Source: an uncultured Desulfosarcina sp.
GTDB taxonomy: Bacteria; Desulfobacterota; Desulfobacteria; Desulfobacterales; Desulfosarcinaceae
Length of the DNA stretch: 64,000 nt
Assembly (NCBI GenBank): GCA_963674945.2
Contig: CAXXWQ010000004.1
Location: 192,001 to 256,000, forward strand
Direction of reading: 5' to 3'
Shown here one piece after another: positions 59,033 through 64,000 of this stretch. The notes below the pieces were generated by a model. The model was not told where the DNA came from, searched no databases, and was given only the letters and a program-made list of their open reading frames with translations. Position 1 is the first letter of the stretch. Each line of letters starts with the position of its first letter. The translations under genes and the position numbers were made by a program.

Positions 59033-61458
59033 GACCGACGCTCTGCCGCGGGCTTTTTTTTCACCGTTTTCATCTTCTTATTCGTTGCAGGTGCCAATGC
59101 CAGCGCCAGAACTTCGTCCATGTTCCGCACGGAAATGAATTTGAGTTTCCGTTTGACATTATTGGGAATTTCCACCAAATCCTTCTTGTTTTTTTCGGGA
59201 ATGATCACCGTTCGAATGCCGGCACGGATGGCTCCCAGGGCTTTTTCCTTCAAGCCGCCGATGGGCAAAACGCGTCCTCGAAGGGTGATTTCTCCGGTCA
59301 TGGCCACATCCTTGTGGACCGGCCTTTTGGTCAAGGCCGAAATCAAGGCCGCCGCCATGGCGATTCCCGCGGACGGTCCATCTTTGGGGATGGCGCCTGC
59401 AGGGACATGAATGTGGACGTCTGTATTATCAAAGATCTCATCTTTGATATTGAGTTGACGGACATTTGCCCGGGCGTAACTCAGTGCCGCACGTGCGGAC
59501 TCTTGCATCACCTCTCCCAGTTGGCCGGTAAGGATCATCTCTCCCTTGCCATTGATGAGGGACGCTTCCACATATAACACCTCACCCCCCACCTGGGTCC
59601 ACGCCAAACCGGTGGACAGCCCCACCTGACTCTCTTCCTGGTCCATTTCCGGATAATATTTCGGCGGCCCCAAATATTTCCCCAAAGAAGATCGCGTGAT
59701 CTGAAACGGCCCTTTCTCCCCTTCGGCAATTCGTCGGGCAATTTTACGGCAAAGGGACCCCAATTCACGTTCGAGATTTCGCAGTCCCGCTTCGGATGTG
59801 TATTCGGAAATGATCTGAGCAACGGCACCGTCACTGAACCGGATCTGCCGTTGCTTGATACCGTTCTCCTTGATCTGGCGGGGAATCAGGTGCCGCTTGG
59901 CGATGACTTTTTTTTCGTCTTCGGTGTAACCGGAGAGATAGATGACCTCCATGCGATCGAAAAGAGCAGACGGGATGGAGTCCGAAATGTTCGCCGTCAA
60001 GATGAACATCACCTGTGACAGGGCGAATCGAAGATTGAGATAGTGGTCGGAAAATTCCGCGTTTTGTTCCGGATCCAACGCTTCCAGCAGTGCCGAAGAG
60101 GGATCACCCCGAAAATCGGCGCCCAGTTTATCGATTTCGTCCATCATAAATACCGGATTGTTGGAACCGGCCTGTTTTAACCCCTGGATGATTCGTCCCG
60201 GCATGGCACCGATATACGTACGACGATGTCCACGGATCTCCGCCTCATCGCGAATTCCCCCCAGCGAAATACGAACGAATTTTCGTTTCATGGCACTGGC
60301 GATGGCACGGCCCAGACTGGTTTTGCCCACACCCGGCGGACCAATGAAACAGAGGATGGGACCTTTGGTCTTGGGATTGAGTTTACGAACGCTCAGGTAC
60401 TCCAGGATGCGATCCTTGATCCGGTCCAAACCGTAATGGTCCTGGTCCAAAACCGTTTTTGCCTTCTTCATGTCGATCACATCGGTAGTGGTCTTGCTCC
60501 ACGGCAACTCCACCAACCAATCCAGATAGGTACGCACCACCGACGACTCCGCCGAATCCGGATGCATCTGCTCGAGCCGACGAAGCTGCTTTTCGGCTTC
60601 CTCTTTGGCCTCCTGGCTCATTCGTGCCCGCTTGATCTGTTTTTTATAAGCTTCAATCTCCTGACTGCGTTCGTCCAGTTCCCCCAGTTCCTTGTGAATG
60701 GCACGTACCTGCTCCCGCAAAAAATAATCCTTTTGGCTCTTGGAGATCTCGTCCTTGACTTCCGACTGGATCTTGGCCTGCATGGCCGACAACTCGACTT
60801 CCCGAAACAAAAGGTCGTTTACCTTCTTCAATCTTTCCAGGGGATCGAAAATTTCGATGATGGCCTGGGACTCTTCGATCTTCAGGCGCAGGTTGGACGC
60901 CACCAGGTCGGCGAGCCGTCCGGGGTCGTCGATACTGTCGAGGATGGACCCCACCTCATTGGTAAATTCACCCCGCAAGGTCAGAATCTTTTCGGAATAT
61001 TCCCGGACGTTTCGCATGAGCGCTTCCGACTCCAGGTCCATGGCGGACGGCTCTTGCTCTTCGATAATCTCAATTTTCACGCGAAACAGATCACGCTTAC
61101 GCACATATTTTACGATTCTCGCCTTGGCGATCCCTTGCACCAGGGCCTTGACACGACCATCGGGCAATTTTAGCATCCGCAAAATACGGCTGACCGTACC
61201 GACACGGTAAATCTCCTCGGGACCTGGATTTTCGATTCCCGGATCGATTTGCGTCGCCACGAACAGATATCGATCCTTGGCAATCGACTCCTCGATGGCC
61301 TTGACCGATCTTTCCCGTCCTACGAAGAGCGGCAGCAGCATATCCGTAAAAATCACCACGTCCCGGACCGGCATCATGGGAAGCGTCGTCGGAATGATCG
61401 CTCCCGGTTCTTCCTCTTCGATTATGCTGATGAGATCGTCCTTATCCGTTTCGCCCAT
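59029..61458 (-). CDS. lon: ATP-dependent Lon protease
   Basis: GPPGVGKT, DEIDK, PKDGPSAG, IGGLKEK; RBS AGGAG before ATG 61458. Confidence 0.97.
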   Translation of the reverse strand: MGETDKDDLISIIEEEEPGAIIPTTLPMMPVRDVVIFTDMLLPLFVGRERSVKAIEESIAKDRYLFVATQIDPGIENPGPEEIYRVGTVSRILRMLKLPDGRVKALVQGIAKARIVKYVRKRDLFRVKIEIIEEQEPSAMDLESEALMRNVREYSEKILTLRGEFTNEVGSILDSIDDPGRLADLVASNLRLKIEESQAIIEIFDPLERLKKVNDLLFREVELSAMQAKIQSEVKDEISKSQKDYFLREQVRAIHKELGELDERSQEIEAYKKQIKRARMSQEAKEEAEKQLRRLEQMHPDSAESSVVRTYLDWLVELPWSKTTTDVIDMKKAKTVLDQDHYGLDRIKDRILEYLSVRKLNPKTKGPILCFIGPPGVGKTSLGRAIASAMKRKFVRISLGGIRDEAEIRGHRRTYIGAMPGRIIQGLKQAGSNNPVFMMDEIDKLGADFRGDPSSALLEALDPEQNAEFSDHYLNLRFALSQVMFILTANISDSIPSALFDRMEVIYLSGYTEDEKKVIAKRHLIPRQIKENGIKQRQIRFSDGAVAQIISEYTSEAGLRNLERELGSLCRKIARRIAEGEKGPFQITRSSLGKYLGPPKYYPEMDQEESQVGLSTGLAWTQVGGEVLYVEASLINGKGEMILTGQLGEVMQESARAALSYARANVRQLNIKDEIFDNTDVHIHVPAGAIPKDGPSAGIAMAAALISALTKRPVHKDVAMTGEITLRGRVLPIGGLKEKALGAIRAGIRTVIIPEKNKKDLVEIPNNVKRKLKFISVRNMDEVLALALAPATNKKMKTVKKKPAAERRS

Positions 61459-61704
61459 TATCACTCCTAACACGTTCAATCCGCTTTTTGGTCAAGCAAA
61501 TACGAAAATAACCGAAAACCAAAATGTCACTTAACGTAAGACGCAATTTTTCTTTGACAATGCCAAGGGGCCTCTTTTACAAATCGTAATCGAACCGTAT
61601 CCCCTTTTTTTAATTACCAATGGGAAGCGGATCACCGTCCTTTGACCGTTACCGGCACCGTGAAGACGGTGGCACGCCCCCCGTACATGACAAGACAGGA
61701 AAAC

Positions 61705-62478
61705 ATGATCCCAACCCTTTTTCTATATACGATGGCCTTTGTGTTGGGCACCTGCATCGGCAGTTTTGTAAACGTTTGTATTTATCGCATACCGGCTGGT
61801 TTGTCTATCGTTCATCCTCCTTCCAGCTGCCCGGGCTGCAACATGCGGATTCGTTTTTACGACAATATTCCCATTTTCAGCTATCTGATGCTCAAGGGGA
61901 AATGCCGATCGTGTAACACCCCAATATCATTTCGTTATCCATTCGTAGAGCTATTGACCGGAACGTTTGCCGTAGCCTGCGTAATTTCCTTCGGCCCGAC
62001 GTTTGCCGGCATGGTTGCATTCATCTTCGTGACGGTTTTGATCGTGATCACATTTATCGACCTGGACCATCGAATCATACCGGATGCGATCTCCCTGCCG
62101 GGAATCCTGCTCTTTTTCCTGGCCTCTTTTGGGAACCCATCCATCGACTGGCAATCCAGCGCACTGGGCATCCTGGCAGGCGGCGGAAGCCTCCTCGCCG
62201 TGGCCTGGGGATACCAGCTTTTCACCGGCAGGGAAGGAATGGGCGGTGGGGATATCAAACTGCTTGGCATGATCGGCGCAATGGTGGGGTGGCAAGGTGT
62301 GGTATTTTCCCTGTTTGCCGCATCGGTGTTGGGTACCGCTATCGGTCTTGCAGTCATGGTCCGATCCGGAAAGGACATGCGGCTTGCGATTCCATTCGGT
62401 CCCTTTCTGGCGGCAGGCGCGATCATCTATCTTTTTTTCGGAAACGAACTGATCCATTGGTATTTCAATATCTTATGA
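61705..62478 (+). CDS. pilD: Prepilin peptidase / N-methyltransferase
   Basis: GSFVNVCIYRIP, CPGC..CRSC, FIDLD, GMGGGDIKL, IPFGPFL. Confidence 0.93.
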   Translation: MIPTLFLYTMAFVLGTCIGSFVNVCIYRIPAGLSIVHPPSSCPGCNMRIRFYDNIPIFSYLMLKGKCRSCNTPISFRYPFVELLTGTFAVACVISFGPTFAGMVAFIFVTVLIVITFIDLDHRIIPDAISLPGILLFFLASFGNPSIDWQSSALGILAGGGSLLAVAWGYQLFTGREGMGGGDIKLLGMIGAMVGWQGVVFSLFAASVLGTAIGLAVMVRSGKDMRLAIPFGPFLAAGAIIYLFFGNELIHWYFNIL

Positions 62479-62513
62479 TAGCAAAGGCCTATCCCGTAGC
62501 TGTTAGACACGAA

Positions 62514-63872
62514 TTACCGTATGGACATCAGATAAGTGCGAAGGTTCACCTTCTTGTTCTTGATTCCCAATCGTTCCCGGATTGAATAGCGGTACCCTTC
62601 CACCGTTCTAACGGAAATGCCCAGCAACTTGGCAATCTCCCTGGCTTTTCTTCCCTGTTTGACCATGGTTGCGACTTTTATCTCGGTGGGGGTGAATCCG
62701 AGATAATCGAAAGACAATTTCCGGCTCAAAGGAGAGATGATCTCTTCCAGATTGGATTCTAAAATCTCCATGTAGGCTTTCTGCTTAGTACTCAGGCCAC
62801 TGGTCTTCATTTTTTTCAAATATGGCCGGATCAAGGTTTTTACATTGTACAACACCTTCTCCTCCAGGGCCGTTCGATCCTCGTCCCGTTTTTTCAAAAG
62901 CACTTTCAGAGCCGTATTCATTTCGCTCAGGTTATCGGTTTGCGTCTTTAATTCGCGACCCTTTTCTTTGATGGCTTCACTTTTTTTCATCTGGTCGGTG
63001 ATATCGAACAGGATACCGTTCACAAAACACACTTCCTTATCGATCACACCCGTTGCGATGACTTGTACCCACACCCACCGGGAGATTTTTGAATGAAAAA
63101 TGCGAAACCGCTGTTTGAATTTCAAGCTGGTGTGTCCCTTGACAAAGGCTTGCCGCACCATCCGTCTATCCTCCGGGTGGATCTGAAACCAGTTTCTTAC
63201 ATCCTTTGGATCGTCGATGTCGGCAATATCCTTTGCCGATGGGCTGATGAAGATGACCGTAAGCGCCCTTGGCCTTGTCAATTTGGCCTGGATTCGAAAG
63301 AGGGCGAAATCCGAAGCGGTTTCCATGAGCAATTGCTGACTGGCACGACTCTCCTCGAATTCTTTTCGAATCTGCCGTTCCCGGGTGATATCCCGACCAC
63401 AACCCACGGTTCCGATCAGATTACCGGATTCATCCAGCAAAGGAGCCTTGTGCACGTCCAGAACCAGGTATTGACCGCGAACGAGACCATCTTCCACAAA
63501 CCGCATGGCCTTTCTTTTCTTCTTCACGATCTCGTCTGAATTCACGCAAATTTCACCGAATGTATGGCGCTGTCCGTTGGCACGTTCGAGTTCGGCAAAG
63601 TAGGAATCCGTCTTCCCCACGACCGCTTCCGGACTTTTGCACATGAGCAGACGTTCACAAAGCGAACGATTGGCAAACAGATACCGATTGTCCAAATTCT
63701 TGGCCCAGATCATGTCCGGCGCATTGTCTGCCACACGTCGGACCAGTTCGAGAAAAGAGACGAAATCTTCTTCCTGCCTGGCCAATGATTTTTCAAGCCG
63801 AAGGTTCTCAGCCTCCAATTCCTTTATTTTTTTCAATTTCATATCCTGTTTGGAAGACTTTGCACTTTTCAT
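62514..63872 (-). CDS. PAS-domain LuxR-family transcriptional regulator
   Basis: PAS (PDMIWAK..NR..GRDIT), second PAS (IHPEDR), coiled coil, C-terminal HTH FTPTEIKVA..G..AREIAKLLGISVRTVEGYR. Confidence 0.9.
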   Translation of the reverse strand: MKSAKSSKQDMKLKKIKELEAENLRLEKSLARQEEDFVSFLELVRRVADNAPDMIWAKNLDNRYLFANRSLCERLLMCKSPEAVVGKTDSYFAELERANGQRHTFGEICVNSDEIVKKKRKAMRFVEDGLVRGQYLVLDVHKAPLLDESGNLIGTVGCGRDITRERQIRKEFEESRASQQLLMETASDFALFRIQAKLTRPRALTVIFISPSAKDIADIDDPKDVRNWFQIHPEDRRMVRQAFVKGHTSLKFKQRFRIFHSKISRWVWVQVIATGVIDKEVCFVNGILFDITDQMKKSEAIKEKGRELKTQTDNLSEMNTALKVLLKKRDEDRTALEEKVLYNVKTLIRPYLKKMKTSGLSTKQKAYMEILESNLEEIISPLSRKLSFDYLGFTPTEIKVATMVKQGRKAREIAKLLGISVRTVEGYRYSIRERLGIKNKKVNLRTYLMSIR

Positions 63873-64000
63873 AACACCCCGATTCGTTCATGCTCAGTAA
63901 GTTACCAATTTTTATAAACAACGCTTCCCATTCAAGTTATCGACAAAACAATACAAGAATGCGTTTCTTTCGTAATACTGCTTGGCCATCTTTGGCCTGG

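Noticed and set aside
42779..62585. Many long alternative-frame and antisense ORFs (e.g. 46774..47466, 58475..59410, 60226..61173)
   Set aside because: They shadow well-supported genes in GC-rich DNA and show no recognisable motifs

Overview
Bacterial chromosomal window. Gene content and style suggest a sulfate-reducing Desulfobacterota (Desulfosarcina/Desulfobacterales-like); this is inference, not a database result. (1) ~1-40.6 kb is a mostly minus-strand, partly very AT-rich protein/surface glycosylation island, probably flagellar. It carries TPR-fused glycosyltransferases (GT41/OGT-like and two GT9-like), a Maf-family protein, four methyltransferases, a radical SAM enzyme, two HAD-plus-PRTase-like (putative ribofuranosyltransferase) proteins, GT2s, glf, and a pseudaminic-acid-type operon (pseB, pseC, pseF-pseG fusion, pseI). 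That operon has no pseH but contains a cytoplasmic sialidase-fold gene and an ATP-grasp gene. The island is interrupted by an IS200-type tnpA with AACTC-tagged hairpins on both sides, two divergent VapBC-type TA modules and a deleted vapC relic. (2) 42.8-50.1 kb is a six-gene Hyf/Ehr membrane complex whose large subunit lacks the NiFe-binding cysteines. It converges on a CBS-DASS-CBS-beta-helix (gamma-carbonic-anhydrase-like) operon. (3) 55-64 kb is housekeeping: folE2, ttcA, rpoZ, greA, psd, tsaB, lon, pilD and a PAS-LuxR regulator. No rRNA, tRNA or CRISPR array was seen. All calls come from motif reading by eye.
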